Positions 47,483 to 56,167 of a stretch of 64,000 bases of DNA are shown here, piece by piece (position 1 is the first letter of the stretch; each line of letters starts with the position of its first letter). Where the stretch lies: contig CAZDFD010000003.1 in the NCBI GenBank assembly GCA_964504655.1, positions 11,979 through 75,978 of the forward strand. The letters are read 5' to 3'. A program made the translations under genes and the position numbers. The notes beneath the pieces were generated by a model. It was given only the letters and a program-made list of their open reading frames with translations, was not told the origin of the DNA and ran no database searches. The stretch is from an uncultured Geminicoccaceae bacterium (GTDB lineage Bacteria; Pseudomonadota; Alphaproteobacteria; Geminicoccales; Geminicoccaceae).

Positions 47483-48936
47483 GCACCCCGGGGCTCGGCC
47501 TCCACGCCCGGGGTGACGAGCCGCTCCCGGGCGGCGCGCATGCAGCGGGCGACTTCGCCGGCCCGAACGAAGGCCGGGTCGGCCTCGAGCAGGGCCAACA
47601 GCGTGCGCGCCCGATCGGGCGGCAGCGGCGGTCCGCCGCCCGCCTCGAGGCGGGCCGGCGGCGGCGCGGCGCCGCCCGGCGCCGGATCGAAGCCACCCGC
47701 CTCCTCGGCGAGGCCCAGCCGCCCGCCCTCGCGCAGCTCCACGAGCTGGTCGAGCTGCCAGGCGGTGCGCAGCCCCTGCGCGCGCAGCCGCCGGTAGAGA
47801 TCGGGCTTGAGCTGGACCAGGAGGCAGGCCTGGCCGATCCAGTCGATCACCTGCGGCAGGCTGAACGGCGTCCTGAGCGTCAGATGCAGCGGGTTGGCCG
47901 CGACCAGGCCCTGCGCGTCGTGGATCCCGGCCTCGGCCAGCCGCACGCGCGTGTAGGCGTCGATGCCCTCGATCATTTCGAGCTCGAGCTCGTCGGCGCG
48001 CTGCTCGGCGCCGGCGCCGAACAGGCGGCGGGTCCGCCCGGCCAGCCAGCGCAGCGCCACCTCGGGCACGACGCCGGCGGCGAAGGCCACGAGCAGCACC
48101 GCGACCTCGTCCCAGCGCTGGGCGTTGTCGAGATCGCCCGGCACCAGGAGGATCTTGGTGTGGTAGACGAACAGGGCCACGATCGCGGCGCCCAGGAGGC
48201 GGAGCGCGATCGTCTGGTAGGCGTGGCCGGTGACGTCCCTGAGCGCCATCCGCCGCGAGAGGTAGGTGATCGACCAGAGGAGCGCGCCCAGGAATGCGAA
48301 GGCGAGGCAGAGGAGCGCGCCCGCCTGGTGGTCGACAAGGGCGCGCAGCACCTCGGGCGCGAGCGGCTCGCCGCCGAGCACGCCGCCCTGGGCCGCGAGC
48401 GGGCCGCCCAGGAGCAGGCTCGGCCGGCCGGCCAGATCGAGCCGATCGGCCGAGAAGGCGAGGAGGCCCAGCGCCAGGGCGAGCAGGACCGCCAGGAGGA
48501 AGGAGGGCAGCGAGACGTTCTTGAGGAAGGTCGGCTCCTCGATCCCCGTCTCGTAGTCCTCGATCCGGCTCTCCGGCCGCAGCCCCTGGCCGTCGCGGGT
48601 GAGGAACGGCCGCAGCGCCAGCGTGCCGCCCAGACGGTAGGCGAACGCCGCCTTGCGGAGCTCCTCGATGTCGGAGTTGGAGCCCAGCCGGCGGAACCAG
48701 CGCCCGACCACGAGCAGCGAGACCAGGGCGACCGAGAGGAGCGTGACGCCGGCCCAGGGCAGGCTGGTCGGATCGAGGCGGGCGGCCTCGCCGGGCGGAT
48801 GCCGCCACCACCACAGGAGGAACGCCGCGATCGGCCCACCGGCCAGGAGGACCGCCGAGACCACGGCACCGATCTCCATGCGACGGCCGATCTGCTCGCG
48901 CCGATCGGCGGGCCCGCGGAACCGGATGCCCCACAT
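47479..48936 (-). CDS. hypothetical polytopic membrane protein with C-terminal helix-hairpin-helix-like module
   Basis: Realistic composition and about 6 TM segments. The C-terminal MIEGIDAYTRVRLAEAGIHDAQGLV resembles HhH/DUF4332-type motifs. Start is uncertain (48936, 48879 or 48972). Confidence 0.6.
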   Translation of the reverse strand: MWGIRFRGPADRREQIGRRMEIGAVVSAVLLAGGPIAAFLLWWWRHPPGEAARLDPTSLPWAGVTLLSVALVSLLVVGRWFRRLGSNSDIEELRKAAFAYRLGGTLALRPFLTRDGQGLRPESRIEDYETGIEEPTFLKNVSLPSFLLAVLLALALGLLAFSADRLDLAGRPSLLLGGPLAAQGGVLGGEPLAPEVLRALVDHQAGALLCLAFAFLGALLWSITYLSRRMALRDVTGHAYQTIALRLLGAAIVALFVYHTKILLVPGDLDNAQRWDEVAVLLVAFAAGVVPEVALRWLAGRTRRLFGAGAEQRADELELEMIEGIDAYTRVRLAEAGIHDAQGLVAANPLHLTLRTPFSLPQVIDWIGQACLLVQLKPDLYRRLRAQGLRTAWQLDQLVELREGGRLGLAEEAGGFDPAPGGAAPPPARLEAGGGPPLPPDRARTLLALLEADPAFVRAGEVARCMRAARERLVTPGVEAEPRGA

Positions 48937-49008
48937 CGCCGTCACCCCCGGCCGCTCGCGTCGCGCGAGCACGACAGCAAGGATTCTACGCCTCGGGCGT
49001 TCGTCCGC

Positions 49009-49509
49009 CTAGGGGGCCGGGCGATCCTCGCCCTGGTCGAGCTCGGCCGCCCGAGCGAAGGCCGGCCCGGACAGGGCGTGCGCCAGGATCGGCTCGCGGA
49101 CGGCGCCGAGCGCGCGGTAGAAGGCGTTGGCCGGCTCGTTCCAGGGCTTCGAGCACCACCAGAGGAAGCTCAGCCCACGGGCGCGGGCGTGCGCGGCGCA
49201 GGCCGCCAGGAGCCGCCGCCCGACGCCCTGGCGGCGCGCCTCCGGCACCACGTAGAGGTCGATCAGGTAGGCGCCGCGAGCCGCCCACTCGCTGGCGTAG
49301 CTCGGCTCGAGGAAGGCGTAGCCGACGAGCGTGCCGTCGCGCTCGGCCACGAGCGCGTCGAAGGCACGGCCGGGGCCGAGCCCGTCGCGCGCCAGCGCCG
49401 CCGCGTCCAGATGCTCGGTGGGCTCGCCCACGAGGGCGTTGAGATGGGCGGCCATGGCCACGACGGCCTCGACGTCGCGCGGCTCGGCGGCGCGGACGGT
49501 GATCGGCAC
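49009..49509 (-). CDS. GNAT-family N-acetyltransferase
   Basis: GTG 49509 with a GGAGGA RBS. Motif A reads VVPEARRQGVGRRLL, followed by NEPANAFYRALG. Confidence 0.8.
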   Translation of the reverse strand: MPITVRAAEPRDVEAVVAMAAHLNALVGEPTEHLDAAALARDGLGPGRAFDALVAERDGTLVGYAFLEPSYASEWAARGAYLIDLYVVPEARRQGVGRRLLAACAAHARARGLSFLWWCSKPWNEPANAFYRALGAVREPILAHALSGPAFARAAELDQGEDRPAP

Positions 49510-49591
49510 GGCGGATCCTCCGCGAGACCGTGGCGCCCTGCGGCCCGGGCCTCTAGGCTCGAGGGAACGCCGCAACCGGAACAGGCCAGCC

Positions 49592-49936
49592 ATGCCCGAG
49601 CCCGTCAACCCGCAGAAGCTCAACCCGCTGCAGCTCAAGACGCTCGCCATCCTGCAGGCGCTCGCCGAGGAGCCGGCGTTCGCCGATCCGCCGGACGGCC
49701 AAGGCACGGTGCGGATCCGCGCCCTGCCGCACGCACACGGCGACCATTTCCACATCGGCGGCCGGGTGGTGCTCGCCCGGGACGCAACCGGGCTGGCCAA
49801 CCCCAACGTCTACAACGTGCTGGCCCGCAAGGGCCTGATCCTGGCCGGGCCGGCCGGCGAGCCGGTGCTGACCGCGGCGGGCCGCACCTATGCGACCGGG
49901 GTCGCGGCCGCCGTCCTGCACACCACCGGCCATTGA
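49592..49936 (+). CDS. hypothetical protein (114 aa)
   Basis: ATG 49592 within ORF 49331..49936. Third codon positions are nearly all G/C and the composition is non-shadow-like. I recognise no family. Confidence 0.6.
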   Translation: MPEPVNPQKLNPLQLKTLAILQALAEEPAFADPPDGQGTVRIRALPHAHGDHFHIGGRVVLARDATGLANPNVYNVLARKGLILAGPAGEPVLTAAGRTYATGVAAAVLHTTGH

Positions 49937-50027
49937 GGCCGCGGCCACCTGCCACAGTGGCCTTGGATCCGTCACATCCGGCTGGTAGCTTGATCTACTC
50001 GGTATTGCAGGACGCTCGGCAGGCACC

Positions 50028-51437
50028 GTGACGGACATGATCGAGAATCGAACCTTCGAGGAGATCGCGATCGGCGAGAGCGCGAGCCTCGAGAAGGCGA
50101 TCACGCGCGAGGACATCGAACTCTACGCCGCCGTCTCGGGTGACGCCAATCCGACCCATCTGGACGAGGAGTTCGCGGCCAAGAGCCCGTTCAAGGGCGT
50201 GATCGCGCACGGCATGCTCACCGCCGGGCTGATCTCCAACCTGCTCGGCAACCGCCTGCCCGGACCGGGCACGATCTATCTGGGCCAGGACCTGCGCTTC
50301 CGCCGCCCGGTGCGCGCCGGCGACGTCGTCAAGGTGACCGTGACCGCCCGGGAGAAGCGCCCGGAGAGGAGCGTCGTGGTGTTCGACTGCCTGTGCGCCA
50401 ACCAGCGCGGCGAGGCGGTCCTCACCGGCACCGCCGAGGTGATCGCGCCCCGGGAGAAGGTCCGCCGCGAGGCCGCGACCCTGCCCGAGATCACCGTCCA
50501 CCGCCACGCCAAGTACGAGCGGCTGATCGAGCGCGCCGCCGAGATCCCGGCGGTCGCCTGCGCGGTCGCCCACCCCTGCGATGCGAGCTCGCTCCAGGGC
50601 GCGCTGGAGGCCACCGCCAAGGGCATGATCGTGCCGATCCTGGTCGGCCCCGTGGCCAGGATCCGCCGCATCGCCGAGGCGGAGGGCGTCTCCCTCGACG
50701 GCGTCGAGCTGATCGACGTGCCGCACAGCCACGCCGCCGCCGCCAAGGCGGTCGAGCTCGTGCGCGCCGGCCGCGCCGAGCTCCTCATGAAGGGCTCGCT
50801 GCACACCGACGAGCTGATGGCCGAGGTCGTGGCGCGCGAGACCGGGCTTCGCACCGAGCGGCGCATCAGCCACGTCTTCATCATGGACGTGCCCACATAT
50901 CCCGAGCCGCTGTTCATCAGCGATGCCGCGATCAACATCGCCCCCGACCTCGAGACCAAGCGCGACATCGTGCAGAACGCGATCGACCTGCACCGTGGCC
51001 TCGGCCTCGGCGAGCCGCGCGTGGCGATCGTCTCGGCGGTCGAGACCGTGACCCCCAAGATCCCCGGCACGATCGAGGCCGCGGCCCTCTGCAAGATGGC
51101 CGAGCGCGGCCAGATCACCGGCGGGCTCCTGGACGGGCCCTTGGCGCTCGACAACGCGATCAGCCCGGAGGCGGCGCGGATCAAGGGCATCCGCTCGGAG
51201 GTGGCGGGCCGCGCCCAGATCCTGATCGTGCCCGACCTCGAGGCCGGCAACATGCTGGCCAAGAACCTGTCCTTCCTGGCCGGTGCCGACGCCGCCGGCG
51301 TGGTGCTCGGCGCGCGCGTCCCGATCGTCCTCACGAGCCGGGCCGACACGGTGCGCACCCGGCTCGCCTCGGCGGCGGTGGCCGCCCTCTACGCGCACGC
51401 CCGGCGCACCGCCCTCCCGGTCAAGGCGGCGGAGTAG
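50028..51437 (+). CDS. pta: bifunctional MaoC-like enoyl-CoA hydratase / phosphate acyl(acetyl/butyryl)transferase
   Basis: N-terminal hot-dog domain (SGDANPTHLDEEFA..GVIAHGML), followed by a PTA_PTB domain (AHPCD, LMKGSLHTDELM, VPDLEAGNMLAKNL). Confidence 0.88.
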   Translation: MTDMIENRTFEEIAIGESASLEKAITREDIELYAAVSGDANPTHLDEEFAAKSPFKGVIAHGMLTAGLISNLLGNRLPGPGTIYLGQDLRFRRPVRAGDVVKVTVTAREKRPERSVVVFDCLCANQRGEAVLTGTAEVIAPREKVRREAATLPEITVHRHAKYERLIERAAEIPAVACAVAHPCDASSLQGALEATAKGMIVPILVGPVARIRRIAEAEGVSLDGVELIDVPHSHAAAAKAVELVRAGRAELLMKGSLHTDELMAEVVARETGLRTERRISHVFIMDVPTYPEPLFISDAAINIAPDLETKRDIVQNAIDLHRGLGLGEPRVAIVSAVETVTPKIPGTIEAAALCKMAERGQITGGLLDGPLALDNAISPEAARIKGIRSEVAGRAQILIVPDLEAGNMLAKNLSFLAGADAAGVVLGARVPIVLTSRADTVRTRLASAAVAALYAHARRTALPVKAAE

Positions 51438-51443
51438 GCGGCC

Positions 51444-52637
51444 TTGGCCGACACCATCCTCGTCGTCAACGCCGGCAGCTCGTCGATCAAGTTCGAGCTG
51501 TTCGAGGTCGGCCCGGGCGACCTCCTGACGAGCCGGCTCGAGGGCCAGATCGAGGGCATCGGGGTGCGGCCACGGCTGGTGGCCGCCGGAGCCGACGGCC
51601 GGAGCCTCGCCGACGAGCACTTCGAGGCCGCCCGGGTCGCCGACGTCGAGGCCGCCCAGGGCGTGGTCGGCGCCTGGCTCGAGCAGCGGCTCGAGCGGCC
51701 GCCGCTCGCGATCGGCCACCGCGTCGTGCACGGCGGGCCCGACTACGCCCGGCCGGTCCGGCTCGAAGCCCGCGTGCTGGCCGATCTCGAGCGACTCGTG
51801 CCGCTCGCACCCCTGCATCAGCCGAACAACCTGGCGCCGATCCGGGCACTCCTCCGCCGGAGCCCGGAGTTGCCGCAGGTCGCCTGCTTCGACACCGCCT
51901 TCCACCGTGGCCATCCGGAGCTCGCCGACCGTTTCGCCATCCCCGAGGCGCTGCACGCGGAGGGCATCCGCCGCTACGGCTTCCACGGCCTGTCCTACGA
52001 GTACGTCGCCGGTCGGCTGCCCGAGCTGGCACCCGAGCTCGCCCGCGGCCGGGTGATCGTCGCGCATCTGGGCTCGGGCTGCTCGATGTGCGCCCTGCGC
52101 GGCGGCCGCTCGATCGAGAGCACCATGGGCTTCACCGCGCTCGACGGGCTGCCGATGGGCACGCGGCCGGGCCAGCTCGACGCCGGCGTGGTGCTGCACC
52201 TGTTGACCGCCAAGGGCATGGACGCCGCTTCGATCGAGCGCTTCCTCTACCACGAGTGCGGGCTCAAGGGGCTCTCCGGCATCTCCAACGACGTCCGGGT
52301 CCTGCTCGCGAGCGACGATCCCCGCGCCAAGCGCGCGCTCGACTTCTTCACCTACAAGATCGCCCAGATGACCGGCTGGCTGGCCGCCGCGCTCGAGGGT
52401 CTGGACGGCTTCGTGTTCACCGCCGGCATCGGCGAGAACGCGCCCACCGTGCGCGAGGCGGTGGCGCACCGGCTGGGCTGGCTCGGCCTCCGCCTCGACC
52501 CCTACGCCAACGGCGCCGGGGAGACGGTGATTTCGACCCCGGGCTCGCGGGTGCAGGTCCTCGTGATCCCGACCGACGAGGAGCTGATGATCGCCCGCCA
52601 CACGCTGCGCCTGCTGCGCGGCTCCACGGCCGGCTGA
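51444..52637 (+). CDS. ackA: acetate/propionate-family kinase
   Basis: Carries [42 protein letters not shown] and FTAGIGEN. Confidence 0.9.
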   Translation: MADTILVVNAGSSSIKFELFEVGPGDLLTSRLEGQIEGIGVRPRLVAAGADGRSLADEHFEAARVADVEAAQGVVGAWLEQRLERPPLAIGHRVVHGGPDYARPVRLEARVLADLERLVPLAPLHQPNNLAPIRALLRRSPELPQVACFDTAFHRGHPELADRFAIPEALHAEGIRRYGFHGLSYEYVAGRLPELAPELARGRVIVAHLGSGCSMCALRGGRSIESTMGFTALDGLPMGTRPGQLDAGVVLHLLTAKGMDAASIERFLYHECGLKGLSGISNDVRVLLASDDPRAKRALDFFTYKIAQMTGWLAAALEGLDGFVFTAGIGENAPTVREAVAHRLGWLGLRLDPYANGAGETVISTPGSRVQVLVIPTDEELMIARHTLRLLRGSTAG

Positions 52638-52651
52638 CAGGGGAGACCGTC

Positions 52652-53431
52652 GTGCTCGACCCCAAGCTCACCACGCTCGCCGGCAAGCGCGGCCTCGTGA
52701 CCGGCATCGCCAACGACCGCTCGATCGCCTGGGGCTGCGCCAAGGCGTTCCGCGGGCTGGGCGCCGAGCTCGCCGTCACCTACCTGAACGACAAGGCCAA
52801 GCCGTTCGTCGAGCCGCTCGCAGAGCGGCTCGAGTCGCCGATCCTGATGCCGCTCGACCTCCGGGTCGAGGGCCAGCTCGAGGCGGTGTTCGCGCGGCTC
52901 GAGAAGGACTGGGGCCGGCTCGACTTCCTGCTGCACTCGATCGCCTTCGCGCCGCGGGACGACCTCCACGGCCGGGTGGTCGACTGCTCGCGGGACGGCT
53001 TCCTGCAGGCGATCGACATCTCCTGCTGGTCGTTCATCCACATGGCCAAGCTCGCCGAGCCATTGATGACGGACGGCGGGGCACTGTTCTGCATGACCTA
53101 TTACGGCTCGCAGATGGTGATCGAGAACTACGGCATCATGGGCCCGGTCAAGGCGGCGCTCGAGTGCGCGACCCGCTATCTCGCGGCCGAGCTCGGCCCC
53201 AAGGGGATCCGCGTGCACGCCATCTCGCCCGGGCCGCTCGAGACCCGCGCCGCCTCGGGCATCCCGGAGTTCGACGAGCTCCTGCACAAGGCGCAGGAGA
53301 AGGCACCGGTGCGCAGCCTGGTCTCGATCGACGATGTCGGCCTCGCCACCGCCTATCTGGCGACCGACGCCGCGCGCCTGATCACCGGCAATGTCGTCTA
53401 TGTCGACGGCGGCTACCACATCATCGACTGA
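52652..53431 (+). CDS. fabI: enoyl-[acyl-carrier-protein] reductase (NADH), FabI type
   Basis: GTG with a GGGGAG RBS. Carries GLVTGIANDRSIAWG, LLHSIAFAP, YYG...MGPVKAALE and AISPGPLETRAAS. Confidence 0.9.
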   Translation: MLDPKLTTLAGKRGLVTGIANDRSIAWGCAKAFRGLGAELAVTYLNDKAKPFVEPLAERLESPILMPLDLRVEGQLEAVFARLEKDWGRLDFLLHSIAFAPRDDLHGRVVDCSRDGFLQAIDISCWSFIHMAKLAEPLMTDGGALFCMTYYGSQMVIENYGIMGPVKAALECATRYLAAELGPKGIRVHAISPGPLETRAASGIPEFDELLHKAQEKAPVRSLVSIDDVGLATAYLATDAARLITGNVVYVDGGYHIID

Positions 53432-53461
53432 GCCGGCGGACCGGCTCGGGGGGAGACTCCG

Positions 53462-55681
53462 ATGGCTGAGAAGCGCCCGGCGGGTGGCGGGGTGGCGAAC
53501 GACGGGCCGTTCGCCTGGGCCGAGCCCTGGGCCGGAGCCTGGGTCGACGCGGTCCAGCGCTCGATCCTGTTCCTGGACACGCTGCGCCGGCGCGGCAACG
53601 AGCACCTCGAGCACGTCGCCAAGCCGGTCCCGCACGTGCTCTCCTTCACGGGCAAGCTCGTGGTCGACGGCCGCACGCTCGCCCGACCGGTCAATTACGG
53701 GGTGGTCGCGATCGACCCGCCCGAGGGGGTCGAGATCGACCAGCGCAAGCGGCCGTTCGTGGTGGTCGACCCGCGCGCCGGGCACGGGCCCGGGATCGGC
53801 GGGTTCAAGGCCGACAGCGAGATCGGCGTGGCGCTGCGGGCCGGCCATCCCTGCTACTTCGTGGGCTTCACCCCCGAGCCGATGCCCGGCCAGACGATCC
53901 CGGACGTGCTCGAGGCCTGCGCGCTGTTCCTCGAGGCGGTGATCGCCCGCCACCCCGAGGCCGAGGGCCTGCCCTGCGTGGTCGGCAACTGCCAGGCGGG
54001 GTGGATGATGGCGATGCTGGCGGCGCTGCGGCCGGAGCTGTTCGGGCCGTTGATCCTGGCCGGCTCGCCGCTCTCCTACTGGGCCGGCGTGCACGGGGTG
54101 AACCCGATGCGCTACTCGGGCGGGCTCCTCGGCGGGAGCTGGCTCGCGGCACTCGCCTCCGACCTCGGCCACGGGCGGTTCGACGGCGCGCATCTGGTCG
54201 CCAACTTCGAGAGCCTGAACCCGGCCAACGCGCTCTGGACCAAGCAGTACGATCTCTGGTCCAAGATCGACACCGAGGCGCCGCGCTATCTGGGATTCGA
54301 GCGCTGGTGGGGCGGCCACGTGCTGCTCAACGCCGAGGAGATCCAGTTCATCGTCGACGAGCTGTTCATCGGCAACCGGCTGGCCACCGGCGAGATCGTC
54401 CTGGCGGACGGCCGGCGCATCGATCTGCGCGCCATCCGCTCGCCGGTCCTCTGCTTCTGCTCGAAGGGCGACGACATCACCCCGCCGCAGCAGGCGCTCG
54501 GGTGGATCACCGACCGCTACGAGCACGACCGGGACATCGTCGCCGCCGGGCAGACGATCGTCTACGCCATCCACGACAGCGTCGGCCATCTGGGCATCTT
54601 CGTCTCCGGCAAGGTGGTCGGCAAGGAGCACCGCGAGTTCGCCTCCAACATCGACATGATCGACTGTCTGCCGCCCGGCCTCTACGAGGCGGTGATGCTC
54701 CGCAAGGACGAGCTGACCCCGAACCCCGAGCTGGTCGAGGGCGACTATGTCGTGCGCTTCGAGCGCCGCTCGCTCGACGACCTGCGGGCGCTCGGCGGCA
54801 ACGACCTCGAGGACGAGCGCCGGTTCGCGGCGGTCGCCCGCCTCTCGGAGGTCAATCTCGGGCTCTACCGCCGCTTCCTGCAGCCCTACGTGCGGGCGAT
54901 GGCGAGCGAGGAGAGCGCGTCGGCTCTGCGGGAGCTGCACCCCGCCCGCCTGCAGTACACCCTGTTCTCCGACCGCAACCCGTTCCTCCGCCCGATCGCC
55001 GAGCTCGCCGAGCGGGTCCGGGCCGAGCGCCGGCCGGCCGAACCGGGCGATCCCCTGGTCGCCGCCCGCGACCAGCTCGCGCGGGTCGTGGCGAGCGGCC
55101 TCGAGACCTGGGGCGAGCTGCGCGACCAGATGGTCGAGGCCACCTTCCACGCCGTCTACGGCTCGCCCCTCGTGCAGGCGTTGGCCGGGCTCGACGGGCG
55201 TGCGGCGCCGCCCCGGCGGCGGCCCGGGCGCGAGCCCGAGGAGGCGGCGCTGGTGCGCGAGCGGATCGCCCGGCTGCGCGAGCGGATCGGCGAGGGCGGC
55301 CTGCGCGAGGCGGTGATCCGCGCCGTGGTGTGGATCGGCATGGCCGACCGCCTCGCCGACGAGCGCGGCTTCGCGGTCGTGCGGGCGGTCCGCGAGAGCC
55401 TGCCGGACCGCCCACCCCTGGCCGCGTTCAAGGCCGCCCTGCGCGAGCAGTTCCTGATGATCCTGCTCGACGAGGAGGCGGCGCTCGACGCCCTGCCGAG
55501 GCTGGTCGGGACGGCGCCGGAAGACCGCGCCCGGGCGCTCGAGGTGATCCGCAGGATCGCCGCCGCGCCGGGCGTCCCGGAGGGCTTGAAGGCGGAGCGG
55601 CTCGCGCGCATCGAGGCGATCTTCGCGCCGCCCGAGGAGCAGGAGCCCCGTGTCCGACGCGTGCAGGGAGGAAAGCGATGA
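53462..55681 (+). CDS. DUF3141-like alpha/beta-hydrolase-fold protein with PHA-synthase-like Cys box
   Basis: 739 aa. N-terminal QRSILFLDTLRRRGNEHLEH...RPVNYGVVAI, then VVGNCQAGW (Cys codon 53990-53992), a later SKGDDITPP, and VGHLGIFVSG. Confidence 0.8.
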   Translation: MAEKRPAGGGVANDGPFAWAEPWAGAWVDAVQRSILFLDTLRRRGNEHLEHVAKPVPHVLSFTGKLVVDGRTLARPVNYGVVAIDPPEGVEIDQRKRPFVVVDPRAGHGPGIGGFKADSEIGVALRAGHPCYFVGFTPEPMPGQTIPDVLEACALFLEAVIARHPEAEGLPCVVGNCQAGWMMAMLAALRPELFGPLILAGSPLSYWAGVHGVNPMRYSGGLLGGSWLAALASDLGHGRFDGAHLVANFESLNPANALWTKQYDLWSKIDTEAPRYLGFERWWGGHVLLNAEEIQFIVDELFIGNRLATGEIVLADGRRIDLRAIRSPVLCFCSKGDDITPPQQALGWITDRYEHDRDIVAAGQTIVYAIHDSVGHLGIFVSGKVVGKEHREFASNIDMIDCLPPGLYEAVMLRKDELTPNPELVEGDYVVRFERRSLDDLRALGGNDLEDERRFAAVARLSEVNLGLYRRFLQPYVRAMASEESASALRELHPARLQYTLFSDRNPFLRPIAELAERVRAERRPAEPGDPLVAARDQLARVVASGLETWGELRDQMVEATFHAVYGSPLVQALAGLDGRAAPPRRRPGREPEEAALVRERIARLRERIGEGGLREAVIRAVVWIGMADRLADERGFAVVRAVRESLPDRPPLAAFKAALREQFLMILLDEEAALDALPRLVGTAPEDRARALEVIRRIAAAPGVPEGLKAERLARIEAIFAPPEEQEPRVRRVQGGKR

Positions 55682-56106
55682 GCGGACTGGTGACGCCGGC
55701 CGATCTCAAGCGGATCGCCGAGGAGCAGGAGACCGCGAAGCTGCAGGAGGCGCTCGAGCGCAAGCGCCGCCACGAGGAGGAGGAGCGCAGGTTCTACGAG
55801 GACTTCATGAGCCGCGAGCCGCAACCGGACGCGCTCGAGCGCTTCAACGCCGTCGTCTCGCGCGCCGCGGCGAGCGGCCTCAGCGAGGTCAAGGTGATGG
55901 AGTTCCCGGCCTCCTGGTGCACCGACGGCGGCCGGGCCATCAACAATTTCGAGGAGAGCTGGCCGGAGACGCTGCAGGGCTGGGCAAAGAACGCCTACGC
56001 CTACTTCAAGCAGCATCTCGAGGGGTCGGGCTACAAGGTGCGCGCCCAGATCCTCAACTACCCGGACGGCAATTTGGGCACGGTCGGGATCTTCGTCTCG
56101 TGGTGA
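55678..56106 (+). CDS. hypothetical protein (142 aa), translationally coupled to the DUF3141 gene
   Basis: ATGA overlap and a GGAGGAAAG RBS. Charged helical N-terminus (EEQETAKLQEALERKRRHEEEERRFYEDF) and a globular C-terminus. Confidence 0.65.
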   Translation: MSGLVTPADLKRIAEEQETAKLQEALERKRRHEEEERRFYEDFMSREPQPDALERFNAVVSRAAASGLSEVKVMEFPASWCTDGGRAINNFEESWPETLQGWAKNAYAYFKQHLEGSGYKVRAQILNYPDGNLGTVGIFVSW

Positions 56107-56167
56107 GCCGGGCCGGACCGCCGCTGCCGGCGGCCGGCCGCCCGGCTCGGGCCGGGGCGGGCCGGGT

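Noticed and set aside
44831-48934. 1367-aa ORF antisense to the P-type ATPase and overlapping the membrane-protein gene
   Set aside because: This is a shadow ORF. The ATPase frame carries DKTGTLT and TGDGVNDAPAL, while the antisense frame has only Arg/Gly/Pro-rich low complexity.
49009-49936. GNAT plus small protein as a GNAT-toxin/antitoxin pair
   Set aside because: The genes are divergent rather than antitoxin-first co-directional. The small protein has no RHH or DUF1778-like features, and the GNAT looks like an ordinary acetyltransferase.
49937-50027. Pho box upstream of the MaoC-Pta/AckA operon
   Set aside because: Only CCGTCAC-atcc-GGCTGGT is present. The second half-site does not resemble the CTGTCAT repeat, so this is too weak to call.
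52502-55150. 882-aa ORF antisense to fabI and the DUF3141 gene
   Set aside because: Same reasoning as the other shadow ORFs. The plus-strand frames carry convincing family motifs and operon spacing.
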